NCBI GenBank assembly: GCA_951406725.2
Contig: OX597828.1
Location: forward strand, 70,246,001 to 70,310,000
Reading direction: 5' to 3'
DNA: 64,000 nt
Source of the DNA: Octopus vulgaris
Taxonomy: Eukaryota
Shown here: one piece after another, positions 39,321 through 56,466 of the stretch
How the letters are laid out: every line of letters starts with the position of its first letter
How positions within the stretch are numbered: the stretch's first letter is position 1
Notes under the pieces: generated by a model
What the model saw: the letters and a program-made list of their open reading frames with translations, nothing else
The model's database searches: none
Told to the model about the DNA's origin: nothing
Program-made: the position numbers and the translations under genes

Positions 39321-40210
39321 TGGAACTGGATTTGATCTCAGCATTGTTAGCATGAAACTATTTACTAATTTCCTCACAGTTGATCACATCACCCAGTAGT
39401 TCTTCTGTCTGTGAAATGGTAAGTGCTGAGTAGCACAACCAGTCATTAAAGGAATCAGGTGAAGTATGAAGTATTTGTGATGCCAATGTGAGACAGTGAA
39501 TGAGGCAGATCTGTTATATTGGGAGAGAAAGGAGGCAAGTATGATCTTATGTCCACAGGAAAGACAACTGTGTTGGTATTGGATATATCAGGAGAATGGA
39601 TGGTAAATGTTAGGGAACTCTGTGGAGGAGGAAGAACACTAGAGTAGCTTGAGTGGGGTGAAGGGGGCAGTCCCCCTTGCGTGGCACTTTTATGGGGGTA
39701 GCACCCCTTTTGGGTCTACTATAGGCAATATGTATTTTAATTAGGGGCTCGTGGGCAGCAGACTGAAGGGCTACCCTGAGTGGCACACACTCTAGTCACA
39801 CTAGTGAGGAAGATATGATGAGGTAAGATCTTAGGTTATTAATCCTCACAAGAGAAATAATAAAAGATTGATATATATGAAGAGATATAATATACAGTAT
39901 AACTATGCTACCTGACTGATACCAGCGAAGAAATGGGTTGTTTGTTATCTATTTTGATGATTACGATGATGTTGATGATGATGATGATGATGACATGAAC
40001 TGCATCTGTTTAATTATTTTACACACTGCACTGGCTCTACACCTGTATCTGTGTGTAAAGGCAGATGAATGTGAATAAAACTGTTTTTGGCAATTCTAAA
40101 AACATGTTTTCTATAATCACATAGTGTGTCACAAGTGATCTAGTTGTACTAAATGTTGTCTAATAATGTTTTCTGGATGCTGTATGGGTACATAAGATTT
40201 TCATTATATA

Positions 40211-40293
<83 letters not shown>

Positions 40294-40495
40294 ATATACT
40301 GTTATTTTATTTTACATACAGCTTGCATTGTAGGATGACTCCTTCATCAGCTGTCATCTGGAGATCACAATGGTTTTGCCATCTTCAGATGCAGCATCTC
40401 TCCCTTTAGTAGCCCCAAGCAGTATTGATGCTACTATGTCTGGTTTATTTTGGTCCAAACTGCAACACAAATTTTTCTTTCTGTTTTATATATGT

Positions 40496-40540
<45 letters not shown>

Positions 40541-40835
40541 CACATGACTCTATGGTGCTTAAGAAGTCCACATCACACCCACATGGGCTCAGACTCAGCC
40601 ACACTTGCATGGCACTTCAGGCATATCTCTACTATACTCTAGCTTGGAATTCCTTACTTGAAAAACAGGTCAGGTTTAGCAACAGGAAGAGCATCCGACT
40701 GACAAACAGTAATCTGTGCTAGCATTGAAAACATTGAAAACATTGAAAAAATGTATATATTATGTATCTCTGTATCTATGGATGTATGTGAGGAAGTAAG
40801 AGAGAGTTAGAGAGTATATCATAATGTCTGTATAT

Positions 40836-40891
<56 letters not shown>

Positions 40892-41147
40892 ATGTGTGCT
40901 TATGCCAAAACCATTTTCAGATCAAAAAATGTGTTTACAATATCACGGGAGACATTATTGCCATGTAACAGCATCCATCGATCTTTCAGTCTGTCACCAC
41001 CTTGACCACTATGAAGAAACAGTGAGGAGGAGGAGGAGTGACACTGCACTATTCCCTTGGAATCAACCACTTCCACAGACTTTATCAACAACACCTTCAT
41101 ACCTGTTTATCAATATCAATTTGGCTTCTTTTTGTTTTCTGTTTCAG

Positions 41148-41195
41148 AGTCCCCCCAAACAAGGGGAAACCGAAGAGAAATCAACTCCAAAACCT
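41148..41195 (+). CDS. 48-nt phase 0-0 mini-exon of the same gene (SPPKQGETEEKSTPKP)
   Basis: Strong polypyrimidine acceptor cttctttttgttttctgtttcag| and consensus donor CCT|gtaagt. The frame is open and the phase matches the flanking exons. Confidence 0.75.
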
Positions 41196-42387
41196 GTAAG
41201 TAAATTCTTCTGATCATCTTCATTCTTTTATTCTTTTATTTATTTAGCATTTAAAAAAATTTGTTTTATGTATTGTCTTTCACGATTTTGTTTGTTTTGT
41301 TGATTTTTTTTTTTGTGGTTTTCACCCTTTTCACAACTGCCCACTTGGTTCTATGATATAAATTTCCTGTTTTGTAGTGATCTTCCCTCAAAATTTCATG
41401 CTAGTTTCTGTCCCAGACACCAGAATAATTAATGACAAACCTATTTTACTAAATTCTTCATTATTTACAAAATTAATTGAAACAAAAGCAGGGAATTTCA
41501 ACAGAAATATGGTTAACGAAAAGATTAAATCATTATGGACCCTAGTAGCAGTGTCACAAAAAATATGCCCCCCACCCACCCAGTCCACCGTCTGTAAAGC
41601 TGTTGGTGTTAGGAAGGGCATCATCCATTCAGCCATAGGAACCATACCAGAAGAGGCATTGGAACACGATGCAGTTCTTGGGGTCATTGGATCCGGTCAA
41701 ACTGTCCAACTCATGACAGCATGGAACATGATGTTGATGATGGTTTTAGAGGATGGCAGGGTGGGGGAGCAGAAGCTATGACCGATTTGCAGTGTCCCTA
41801 AAAGTGGTAGAAGGAAAGGAGAGGAAGGTGTTCGCAATAGTGGACACTGCCAAATGTAGTCACAGGTTAGGTGGTGGTGTTAAACTGGACAATGGATGAA
41901 GTCTGCCTCTTCTCACCATGAACAATCCTTGTGGTGAGTTTCCATAAACATCCTATCTATGAAATTTCACTTGCACTATTTGGTTGCCTAAAGAGTCACT
42001 CTGTGGAATTGAACCTGAAATCTTTTTAAGCACTCAAACATCCATGAGCCTCATGTTTGAAAATAGAGAATGTACTTGAATATGTGTATTGGATATCCTG
42101 GCAGCCAATCAACAGGTCAGCAATTCATATCCAATGTCAGAGACACTATCCTCTCAAATGGCCCAGTACACTAGGCTGTATACGGGTATCACAATGTAGG
42201 AAGAATTTCTTACAATAGCAGGGATAGTTAAGAAGTTCACTTCAAAGGCAAATAGTTCCAGTTTTGTTCCAACCAAGCAGCACCTTACTCTTATACTTGA
42301 GCCTTGGTTTAACCAAAATCTTCAATGGAATATAGCACACAGAAAGCCTGTGAAAGCCCATTGTATTTGTTTATATATGCCTCTTTT

Positions 42388-42439
<52 letters not shown>

Positions 42440-42751
42440 TATAGTGAAAAGCTTTGTTGAAAAAATTTGGCTCACTGCATAGTGACTGGTAGCGATAATA
42501 TGAAAAGGAGGAAAATGCACATAAATTTTATGTTGGACTAAATATATCCTTTTCTTTTCATGAAATATTACATAGTCAACTGGTTTCACTTGTGCTAATC
42601 ATGACTAAGAAGTTAGTGATAATGCTTCAATTTCATGCTGTCATAAGAAGTTTTCAACCTTGTTAGTAGGAGGAAGGATATTTGGTAAATGAACTAGGGG
42701 ACATATAAATTTTAGGGGAAGTTATTAGTGATTGTTACTATTAGAAGCAGA

Positions 42752-42787
<36 letters not shown>

Positions 42788-43379
42788 CTACATTCATTCT
42801 CCTATTTCCCTCTATACTCCTTATTTCCTTCATTTTCAAAAATGACTCCTTATATTAAACTCTGATAGTTCCCTCTATTCAACCATCTCACATCGTCTTT
42901 GATATCCCATCATCAGAAACAGCTGTAAGACTAACTTTCTCTTTATAAATGTATATATATATATATATATATATATATGCATATATACATATATGCATAT
43001 ATACATATATGCATATATACATTGTCTGCATGTATGTCTATGCATATATCAACTGAAAGACCAGAGATGCTGTATATTAGAAAAAAAAATATCCTGCAGT
43101 ATGTATTCTAAGCGAGTGGTACAGGCCCTCTCTACTTAATCATTTTTGCCATCTTAATTTGTGGTTGTTGTAGAGACAGCAAAAACACTTTGGTGGCCAG
43201 GGTATATCTTGGTTGTCATGTTTGACCAACATGTTTGGTTATTGAAATATTGATTTATTATAGTTACAACCACCGTGTTGCTTTACCTTACAAGTTCAAA
43301 CCCAGCTAAGGTCAACTTTAATTTTTCATCCTCATCAGGTTCAAGAAATATTGACTCAACCCTATGTGCCCCCCCCCCT

Positions 43380-43801
43380 ACTACCACCACCACCACCACC
43401 ACCGCCATCATCTAGCATTCCTGACCTCATTATCCTCACCACCACTTTCATCATTGTCGTCATTGCCATTGTCATATTTGTTGTCATCACCACCATCATC
43501 AGCACCACCAGCACCACCACCACCAGCACCAGCACTACCACCACCACCATGATCATCATCACCACCATGATCATCATCATCATCATTACCATCATCATCA
43601 CGACCACCACCATCACCATCATCATCATCATCATCATCATCACCACCACCACCACCACCATCACCACCACCAACACCATCATCACCATCATCACCATCAT
43701 CATCATCATCATCATCACCACCATCATCATCTTCACCATCACCATCATCATCATCAGCAGCAGCATCACCACCACCACCACTACCCACCATTATCACTAC
43801 C

Positions 43802-43832
<31 letters not shown>

Positions 43833-43852
43833 CCGTCACCACCATCATCATC

Positions 43853-43886
<34 letters not shown>

Positions 43887-43962
43887 CCACCACCACCACC
43901 ACCACCACCACCACCACCATCATCATCATCATCGCCATCGTCACCACCATCATCATCATCAT
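43380..43962. repeat. Compound (CAC)n/(CAT)n trinucleotide tract
   Basis: Directly visible. Similar tracts at 51180-51815, 18780-19670 (GGT/GAT), 9590-9850 and 60675-60950. Confidence 0.95.
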
Positions 43963-44215
43963 CTATTTCTCTATCTTAGAAACTATTATAATTAGTAGTA
44001 ATTTTGGAGAGAGTCTTATATGTAGTATTATTATTAGTGGTGGTGGTGGTGGTAGTAGTAGAAAGGGGCAATGTGATTCTTATTGTAGTAGTAGTGATGG
44101 GGGTTAACGTTGTTGTTGTGGTGGTGGTGCTTGGCAGTGATGTGACGGTGGTCGTAGTAATTATAGCAGTAGTTGTTACATTAGTAGTGGAAGTGATGGT
44201 ATAGTGGCGGACATT

Positions 44216-44260
<45 letters not shown>

Positions 44261-44454
44261 TCTACTACATCAGTCATGTGAACTGCAGTTAGTAAAATAT
44301 AACAACAACAACATACATAGAAGATAGCAGATGGTGCAACCTACTGCATGCTAGTTGCATGTAAGATCGCAATGGAATGCATTCTGACACTAGTAAAATA
44401 TATTGATATAATATTCTTCTGGATTGATCTTTTCCAAGATGTCATGAGTTTGAG

Positions 44455-47580
<3,126 letters not shown>

Positions 47581-47647
47581 TATCATCATCATCGTTTAAG
47601 GTCCGTTCTCCATGCTACCATGGGTATATATATATACATATATACTC

Positions 47648-48249
47648 ATGGCCTCTACCTGGGATGTACCCAGTCCACCAGTCCACTTATGCATACCTTT
47701 CCTTCTTGGGACACAAAACTCTACTTGTGAAGACCTGTTGAGGCAAGTGAGAATCAGAATCAAAATCGAAATCGATCAACATCAATGGAAATTGTAGCTG
47801 TGATACCAGTGCCGGTGGCATATAAGCGAACCATCTGAACATGGCCGTTGCCAGCCTTGCTCGGCCCCCGTGCCGGTGGCACGTAAAAAGCCCCACCCGA
47901 TCGTGTCCATTGCCAGCCTCGCCTGGCCCCCGTGCTGTTGGCACGTAAAAAGCGCCATCCGATCGTGGCCATTGCCAGCCTCGCCTGGCCCCGTGCTGTT
48001 GGCACGTAAAAAGCACCATCCGACCGTGGCCGTTTGCCAACCCCGTCTGGCACTTGTGCTGGTGGCACGTAAAACGCACCCACTACACTCACGGAGTGGT
48101 TGGCGTTAGGAAGGGCATCCAACCATAGAAACATTGCCAGATCAGACTGTGCCTGATGCAGCCGTCTGGCTTCCCAGACCCCAGTTGAACCGTCCAACCC
48201 ATGCTAGCATGGAAAGCGGACGCTAAATGATGATGATGATGATAATGAT
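47648..48249 (+). mobile_element. Longest copy of RTE 3'-UTR repeat family A, with ~60-bp internal tandem units
   Basis: Five occurrences of gtgc(c/t)g(g/t)tggca(c/t)..aa spaced ~60 bp apart, then ggcgttaggaagggcatcc...catgctagcatggaaagcggacg and a (gat)n tail. Confidence 0.85.
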
Positions 48250-48417
48250 ATATATAGATGCAGGAGAGGTTGTGTGATAAGTTGTTTGCTTACCAGCCAC
48301 ATGGTTCCGGTTTCATTCCCACTGCGTGGCGCCTAGAGCTAATGTCTTTTACTATAACCTCGGGCCAACCAAAGCCTTGTCAGTGGATTTGGCAGACGAA
48401 ACTGAAAGAACCCCGTC

Positions 48418-48453
<36 letters not shown>

Positions 48454-48708
48454 CTGTCTGTGTGTGTATACGTTTGTGTGTCCATGTTTGTCTCCACAAC
48501 ATTACTTGACAGCCGATGGTGGTGTATTTTTGTCCCTGTAACTTAGCATTTCAGCAAAAGAGACTGATAGAATAAGTATTAGGCTTACAAAGAATAAGTC
48601 CTGGAGTCAATTTGCTTGACTAAAGGTGGTGCTCCAGCATGGCTGCAGTCAAGTACTGAAACAAGTAAAAGAGTAAAAAGAGTAATATATATATATATAT
48701 ATATATAC

Positions 48709-49035
48709 TAATTAATAATTAAGGGTGCTACAAGTGGCACCAGCATGCTAAAAATAGCAGCTAGAAGATGACTACAACCATAAAACTTTTACTGATACAC
48801 ATTAATTGAAAACAAGAGAATAAGCAGAAATTCTAAGCCAGACGTATCCACTGGCTTTTCAATTTATGATTCTTTATCGTTATTGGTAGAGGGACTTAGA
48901 ATTTCTGCTCATTCCACTGATTTCATCTAATGTGTATCAGTGAAAATTTGTGGTTGTAGTCATCTTCTAGCTGCTATTTTTAGCTGGTGCCACTTAATTA
49001 TTAATTAATTAAGGTGCACCCTTAATTATTAATTA
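48709..49035. repeat. Long fold-back inverted repeat (~125-bp arms, ~55-nt spacer)
   Basis: aagtggcaccagc..taaaaatagcagctagaagatgactacaacca...gcagaaattctaag is mirrored by cttagaatttctgc...tggttgtagtcatcttctagctgctatttttagctggtgccactt, with outer taattaataattaagggtgc / gcacccttaattattaatta. Confidence 0.9.
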
Positions 49036-49750
49036 ATAATTTCTCACCTTATGGTAATACCTTCATGGTCATTTATGCATTCAACACCACTTGATATTAT
49101 TGTAAACAATAATATCCTTATAGATGTGTGTGTGTGTGTGTGTATACATATATATACATATATATGTAATATGTATATATAATATGTTTAAATATGTGTG
49201 TATATATATAAATGTATATATGTATGTATATATGTATATATATATAGATATATGTATGTATATATGTATATATGCAGACAGATATGTGTGTGTGTATATG
49301 TATATGTGTGTATATGCATATGTGTGTGTGAAATTACATAAATACAGTGCACATGTTATGCATGTTATTGCTGTGACCAGTTGTGCATGTCTGTCTCATA
49401 TCCATTATAAGATTTTTTTTGCTAATAATACCATCGTCACCATCACTGCCACCACCACCACCACCACCACCAGCATCACTCTCATCAACATCGTCATTGT
49501 TGTTGTCACTTCCACTATCACCACACACGTACACATGCACACATGCACAGACACAAGTATGTATATATATGTGTGTGTGTATGTATATGTATATGTGTGC
49601 TATGCACGGATATATATATATATGTACACATATACACATAAAAATATATATATATACACACACATATACACATATAAACATATATATATACATATATATA
49701 TACATATATATATACACACATATATATATATATACATACATATATATATG

Positions 49751-49837
<87 letters not shown>

Positions 49838-49862
49838 GTATATGTTTATACATATATATATG

Positions 49863-49899
<37 letters not shown>

Positions 49900-49922
49900 G
49901 TATATACATATATATATGTATG

Positions 49923-49964
<42 letters not shown>

Positions 49965-50391
49965 CATACATACATATATATATTTAAAGTGAGATAGATA
50001 GGATAGGATAGATCTGTACAAGTATATATGTATGGGTATTTGTGTGTCTATCTTCGTTTGATGTGTTTTGGCAAAGGATGAACACATTAGTGAGAAAGCC
50101 AATAAGCCAGTCCTGTTTGACGAAAGTACTATGCAATATTTGTTCTGCACCAAGTAGCAGACACGCCTTTGTCAGTGTCACTGCAAGAAACACATTAAAT
50201 CAATGATTGATCTGTTGTAAACCTGTAACCAGCAATACAACTGTGATCTAAAGTAAAATAAAATAAAGCTGGCCGTGTTGTTTCTGGTCTCTGTTCATTC
50301 ACTGATGTCGTTTTTGTTCTCTTAAACACATTGGATGGAAACTGGAACACTTCAGGCTTGTCCATGTCCCAACACCCAACATTAATTAAAA

Positions 50392-50605
50392 CCCATTAGT
50401 GCCCATAGTCCATTCTTTAAGACCAAAAGGATAATCCATCATATTTCTGCAACACCTGTATTTTCCTGAGATACCTTTAGTTAGTCTTCAAGACTGGGGT
50501 GCCTTTCACATATTGTAATAAAACTTTCTTTTTTATATTTAGTATCAGATAAAAAAACAGATTTTTCGTAATAAATTAAATAAAAAACGTTTGGGCCCTA
50601 ATGGG
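50392..50605. mobile_element. piggyBac-type MITE (third family)
   Basis: Inverted ends cccattagtgccca / tgggccctaatggg followed by TTAA. Confidence 0.6.
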
Positions 50606-51338
50606 TTAACAGCAGCAAACCTTGCTTTCAACACTCAGGATTATTTCATGCTCAGAATTGTCAAAGTAAGGGATAAACTATGTGCCCCTGGACGAAATGC
50701 TTTGCGGTGTTTCGTCTGCTGCTGTGTTCTGAGTTCAAATTCCGCCGAGGTCGACTTTGCCTTTCATCCTTTCGGGGTCGATAAATTAAGTACCAGTTAC
50801 GCACTGGGGTCGAATGTAATCGACTTAATCCCTTTGTCTGTCTTGTTTGTCCCCTCTGTGTTTAGCCCCTTGTGGGTAGTAAAGAAATATATGTACCCCT
50901 GAAGTTAACTGTCACGACAGTGCCTCCTTCAAAAATGCTTCCTGCAATTTCCCAACCCTATTCCTGGTCTGCCAGTCTACCATTTCCTCTCTATGATCCT
51001 TTCATTGTTCCCTTTTCTATCTTTTTGTAGTTTTCTCCTGTCCAAGTTCTATGCAAGGATTTTAGGATTTCTTTGTTTTGTTTTTTTTTTCTTTATTTGA
51101 ATTAGGTTTGCTTTTTTGGCCCTCTTTTAACCTTTTCTCACAAGTTGTAGTGCATCTGAGCGTTGTCGACGATATGTTAGTCATCATCATCGTCACCACC
51201 ACTACAGCCATGACCACTACCAACATCATCATCATCATTGCCATCACCACTACCACCACCATCATCATCATCATTGCCATCACCACCACCACCATCACCA
51301 CCACTAACACCACCACCATCATCACTACTACAACCATT

Positions 51339-51388
<50 letters not shown>

Positions 51389-51527
51389 CATCATCACCAC
51401 CACCATCACCACCACCACAAACACCACCACCATCACCATCATCATCATCATCATCATCATCATCACCACCACCACCACCATCGCCATCATCATCATCATC
51501 ATCACCACCACCACCACCACCACCATC

Positions 51528-51558
<31 letters not shown>

Positions 51559-51560
51559 CC

Positions 51561-51615
<55 letters not shown>

Positions 51616-51691
51616 CCATCATCATCACCACCACCACCACCTCCACCACCATCGCCATCATCATCATCATCACCACCACCACCACCACCAT

Positions 51692-51723
<32 letters not shown>

Positions 51724-53076
51724 CCACCACCACCATCACCACCACCACTACCACCACCATCATCATCATCATCATCATCATCACCGCAACCACCACCACC
51801 ACCATTATCATCATTAAGGTGGTGAATTTACAGAATGTTGGACAAAATGCTTAGAAGCCTTTTTACCCGTCTTTTCATTCTGAGTTCAAATTCTGCTGAC
51901 GTTGACTTTGACTTCTGGGCCAAGGAATGCTGTTTTCCCAATATGCTCTACTTTCATTTTCATTCCTATCATTCCCAACCAATTTCCAAATTCCTTTTTT
52001 TTTTTTCTTGGCTACCAATGCACTTTGACCTCAGAGTTTTGATTTCTCCTCACAGCTTCATATTGCATCTTTTTTTTCTCCTTTGTTTGTGATGATTTTT
52101 CTCTCACCATGACAAGCAATGTCTATGATTTGGCACAATTCTTCTTCCTTATCTACCATCTCCTCAGCATTCAATTCTATGATCACACTGGTTCGTGAAG
52201 TCCCAAAAGATCTTTACATTTTGCCATTTTCTTCCATACCTTTTGGCTTGGGCTCATATCTTTTTCTCTCTTTCCAAACCAAAACTTGTTACACAGTTCC
52301 CACTGGACCATTTTGATGACATTGTCATGCCTTCTCTTTTATTCTTCCCAGGCCCATTTGCTGCATTTGCTTAAAACATGCCATGCTGTCTCTCCAGTTT
52401 TACGATATACTCTGCAGTTGTCAGGTTCTCCTGATTGGTCAGTTTTGTGCTTGATGTAGTTTCTTCCGCAGAATCGTTAGCTGGGCTAAAGGCTTAGTAG
52501 CATTTCGTCCGTCTGTATGTTATCAGTTCGAATGCTATGAGAGTCAACTTTGCCCTTCATCCTTTTTGGGGTCAATAAAATAAGTAGCTGTTGATTTATC
52601 CCTTGCACAAAACTTGCTGGTGGTAAGGTCCTTAGATACTAAGAACCTTATTATTGTTACGTTCTGAGTTCAAATTCTACCGAGGTCGACTATGCCTTTC
52701 ATCTTTTCAGGGTCAATAAATTAAGTATCAGTGAAACACTGGGGTCAATGTAATCGACTAATCCCCTCCCCTAAAATTTCAGGTCTTGTACCTTTAGCAG
52801 AAGGGATCATCATCATCATCATCATCGTCATCATCATCATCATTATTCTCAGTTGCCCTTGTGACTCAATACATCACATATGCTGTTTCCCATCCAGCTC
52901 TTTGTTATCAGTCCTTACAAGCCAAGACCAACCTTCTTTCCACTTGTTCCACACCTCTCACTGAGCTGTATTATTCCACCAATATGAGACTTGCTGCTGG
53001 ACTGGAACTTTGCTCCATCCTTAGAATTAGATGTTGGCTTGCAATAGGATTCCCATGCATTTACTTGCTACCTCAT

Positions 53077-53167
<91 letters not shown>

Positions 53168-53234
53168 AGTCTCTCTCTCTGTGTAACAAGAATTAAAAGT
53201 TAAGTTTTTTCCACAGAAATCCTTTAGTATAATG

Positions 53235-53745
53235 ATGTGCTTATCGTATGCAGTGCTCGGGGGGCACTACTCCTCCTTGGGGAAAGCTAAAGTGGGGAAT
53301 AGAAAGTAGCAATGAAAGATAGTTGTGTAAGTCAAAGGGACATGCATAGCTGAGAGAATAAAGCAAAAAAGAGAGTAAAGCAATCAGTAAAACAGCCAGA
53401 AAGAGAGAAGGGTGGATGGGCATGTCAGATGCAGTGTTGGTGAATTTTGGGAAGTGGTGAATTTTAGAAGAATGCAGTGTCCTGACATCAAATGACTGAT
53501 GCAGGTAGTTTGTTCCATATTTTGATAATTCTGGGTGTAAAAAAATGTTTCTGAAAATCATGGGTGCTGCCTTATTTTTTGGTTTTATAAGGGTGTCTCC
53601 AAGTGGTAGAGATATTGGATTCAAAACAAGGTGGCCAAAATTGTTGGAAAGATGTTGGGTAGTCTTGTGTCTACCGAATCAGCTGCTTAACATTCAGACT
53701 TTTGTGTGTCAATGCCCAGAGAAGCAATATGCTCAAGTGTGTAGG
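53235..53745 (-). mobile_element. CR1-type LINE 3' end
   Basis: HDFQKHFFTPRIIKIWNKLPASV matches the CR1 C-terminal FF..R....WN.LP motif, followed by UTR-like sequence. Confidence 0.7.
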
Positions 53746-53786
53746 TCTAATTAGAATTTTAGTCACTTATTCCATTAATAACTCAA

Positions 53787-54003
53787 TTAACCCTTTCAAT
53801 ACCAACCCGGCTGAGACTGCCTCTGGCTCTGTAGCACAAATGTCTTGTTTTCAGAAATCTTCCACCAAACCTTAGTCACAATTTATGTTCCTAACCCTAG
53901 CTTAATGATAACTAAGTTATCTCACTAAATTCTTCGTTATATTCAAAATTAATTGAAAGAAACACAGAGCATCTCAACAGAAATATGGTAACAAAAGGGT
54001 TAA
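53787..54003. mobile_element. piggyBac-type MITE
   Basis: TTAA|ccctttcaatacca...tggtaacaaaaggg|TTAA. Partial copies at 54015-54110 and about 41385-41530. Confidence 0.78.
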
Positions 54004-54111
54004 CAAATGATTAATTAAACCCTTTTCATACCAACCTGGCTTAAACTGCTTCGTGTTTTGTAGTGCAAATGTCTTGTTTTCAAAAGTTCTGAATTAAAAT
54101 CTTCCACCAAC

Positions 54112-54356
54112 GATCACGCTCAGATGGTGCTTTTAACGTTCGACAGGCATTGGTACCAAGCAAGCGGTACTGTCATCGGCCATGTCAGCGATTTTGATTT
54201 CACTTGCCTCAACAGGTCTTCGCCAGCAAAGTTTATTATCCAATGAATGAAGGGTACTCATACGTGGGCTGGTTATACACCATTGGCATAGGCCATGGGT
54301 TATGGTCTTGGCTTGCCGGGTTTTCTCAAACACAGCATATCTCCAAAGGTCTCGGG
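54112..54356 (-). mobile_element. RTE ORF end / start of family A UTR
   Basis: RDLWRYAVFEKTRQAK followed by gaagacctgttgaggcaagtga, which is shared with the 47648 copy. Confidence 0.7.
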
Positions 54357-55078
54357 GTTGATAGAATAGTACCAGTTGTGCATTGGGGGTCAGTGTAACC
54401 CTCTCCCACCAAATTTCAGGCCTTGGGCTTTTAGTAGAAACGATTATTAATAAAAGACAGCGAACTTGCAGAATCGTTAGCGTGTGAGAGGACAAAATAC
54501 TTAGTGGCATTACTAGCAAGCTCCTTAGGTTCTGAGTTCAAATTTCACTGAGGTTGACTTTATCTTTCATCTTTTTGGAGCTGATAAGTACTGGGGTCAA
54601 TGTAATCAAACAACTCCCTTCATCTAAAACTGTTTGCCTTGTACCAAAATTCAAAACAATTATCGTTATTATTATTAGTGGTAAGTTTAAGGCGGCAAGC
54701 TGGCAGAATCTTTTAGCACACTGGACGAAATGCTTCATGGTATTTTGCCAGTTCAAAATCCACTGAGGTCAACTTTGCCTTTCGTCCTTTCGGGGTCGAT
54801 AAATTAAGTACCAGTTGCGTACTGTGGTCGATCTAATTGACAGGCCCCCCTCCCCCAAGGTTTAAGGTGTTTTGCTGGCAGAACTGTTGGCTCACTGAAC
54901 AGAATGCTTTGCAGTATTTCATCCATATTTATGTACTGTGTTGAAATACCACTTTATCTTTTCATCCAATCAGGCTCGATAAAATAAGTACCAGTTGCGT
55001 ACTGGAGTCGATGTAATCGACTAGACACCCACTCTCCACAAATTTCAGACTTTGGGCTTTTAGTAAAAAGGATTATCA
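54355..55078 (+). mobile_element. Head-to-tail cluster of about four SINE family B copies
   Basis: Repeated gcagaa.c.ttag / ttcatc.ttt..gg.tcgataa..taagtacca modules in the same orientation. Confidence 0.75.
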
Positions 55079-55149
55079 GTGGTGTATCTCAGACCATCGA
55101 AACTGCTGGGGCAAAACTAGGTTTTACCATGTGTGAACGTCACATGTCT

Positions 55150-55330
55150 TCAATATCGTTCGACTTGCTAGAAATAGCTGCTAAATTCCCTTCTAACCAC
55201 ACACTATCATATTGTAAAATGAAGGGCACATTGTTTAAAGTAATCCTGGAGTCAATGTCTGAAACGAACATAGGAAAGAATTCTTTGATCAAGTTGTGCT
55301 TAATTCGAGTTAGCCTGGGGTTAAACAGCA
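55150..55330 (+). repeat. Old interspersed repeat family with (CAA)n end
   Basis: gctagaaatagc...ctttgatca...cctggggttaaacagcaa motifs recur at about 6880-7000, 9265-9375, 18520-18740(-), 26720-26895, 37760-38150(-), 38830-39010 and 60280-60370(-). Confidence 0.65.
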
Positions 55331-56396
55331 ATAGGCTTTCCCTCTCCTCCCCCCACGCCTCCTTTCTTCGAGGAATGGGTCTATTGGAACGATAGACTTT
55401 TGTTCCCCTTAACGACAAACCAATTAATTCACTTTTAATTTTTCTACTCGTTAATTATAGATAGAGACCACCCATCACTGCTTTTATCCGCTTTTATTTT
55501 ATTCTGACCAGCGTATTATATCATATTTTCCTAATAATAATATCTTTATACTTTAATATTAACATAAATTGTATGTTTTTTTCACCCGTTATCACATTTT
55601 TCTTCAATTAACAAGAATTATTAAAGGGAAGTAACTTGTATTAATTGTTTCACACATTACCTCCCTTATTAATTTTGTGTTCACCTTCCACATAGAAAAA
55701 GTTATCCTTTCAGCATTCTTTTGTTTTTGTTGTTGTTCTTGTTCATGCTACATCCCTTACCTTATCGTGCATGGCCCTCGTTTTTTAAGCCAGAAAGATT
55801 TGTGATTTAAGAGCTACAATGTTGAGCAGGTTTAGGGGTAAATGTTTATATAAGTATGGCTACATTTCTGTGACTGGAATCCTTAAAAAAAAAGACAGGA
55901 AAAGTACATATATTCGTGTATGCACTCGCTCTCTCTTCTCAGCCACATGGTTCCAGGTTCAATCCCACTGCGTGGCCCATTGGGTTACTGTCTTCTACTG
56001 AAGCCTCGAGTCGACTAAGATTTTGTCAGTGGATTTGATAGACAGAAATGTGTGTGTGTGTGTGTGTGTTTGTCTTAGTGTTTGTCCCTCACCACCACTT
56101 GACAACCATTGGGTGTGTGTTTACATCCCCGTAAGTTAGTGACTTAATAAGAGCGATCGCTAGAATAAGTATCAAATGGTGCTCCAGCATGGTCACAATC
56201 TAATGACTGAAACAAAAGAAAGATGAAAATAAAGATTACGTATATGTGTGTGTGTTTATATATATATAGAATAAGAAAATTTTAGTGGTGAGGCTACCCC
56301 ATGTGAAGTACAACTGTTTTTTGTGCTCGTTTATGAGCTAAGGAGTAATAAAATTTTTAGTAGAAGATAAAAATTTCAGTTGTCAGTAATTTACAT

Positions 56397-56465
<69 letters not shown>

Positions 56466-56466
56466 A

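Noticed and set aside
43351-43995. Long ORFs such as the 214-aa poly-Thr/Ile/His frame (also 51062-51854, 49124-50153 and 18850-19550)
   Set aside because: They are translations of CAC/CAT or TA/TG microsatellites, open in several frames on both strands, with no splice or homology support.
47808-48080. Regularly spaced ~60-bp repeats resembling a CRISPR array
   Set aside because: The intervening sequences are themselves near-identical, the context is eukaryotic, no cas genes are present, and the array is part of a retrotransposon UTR.
47760-48197. Recurring peptide 'DALPNANHS..VVGAFYVPPA' in many ORFs
   Set aside because: Antisense translation of the non-coding family A repeat, not a gene family.
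50900-52460. Possible degraded RTE ORF on the minus strand split by the CAC/CAT tract
   Set aside because: Purine-rich and LINE-like, but I could not read a diagnostic motif with confidence.
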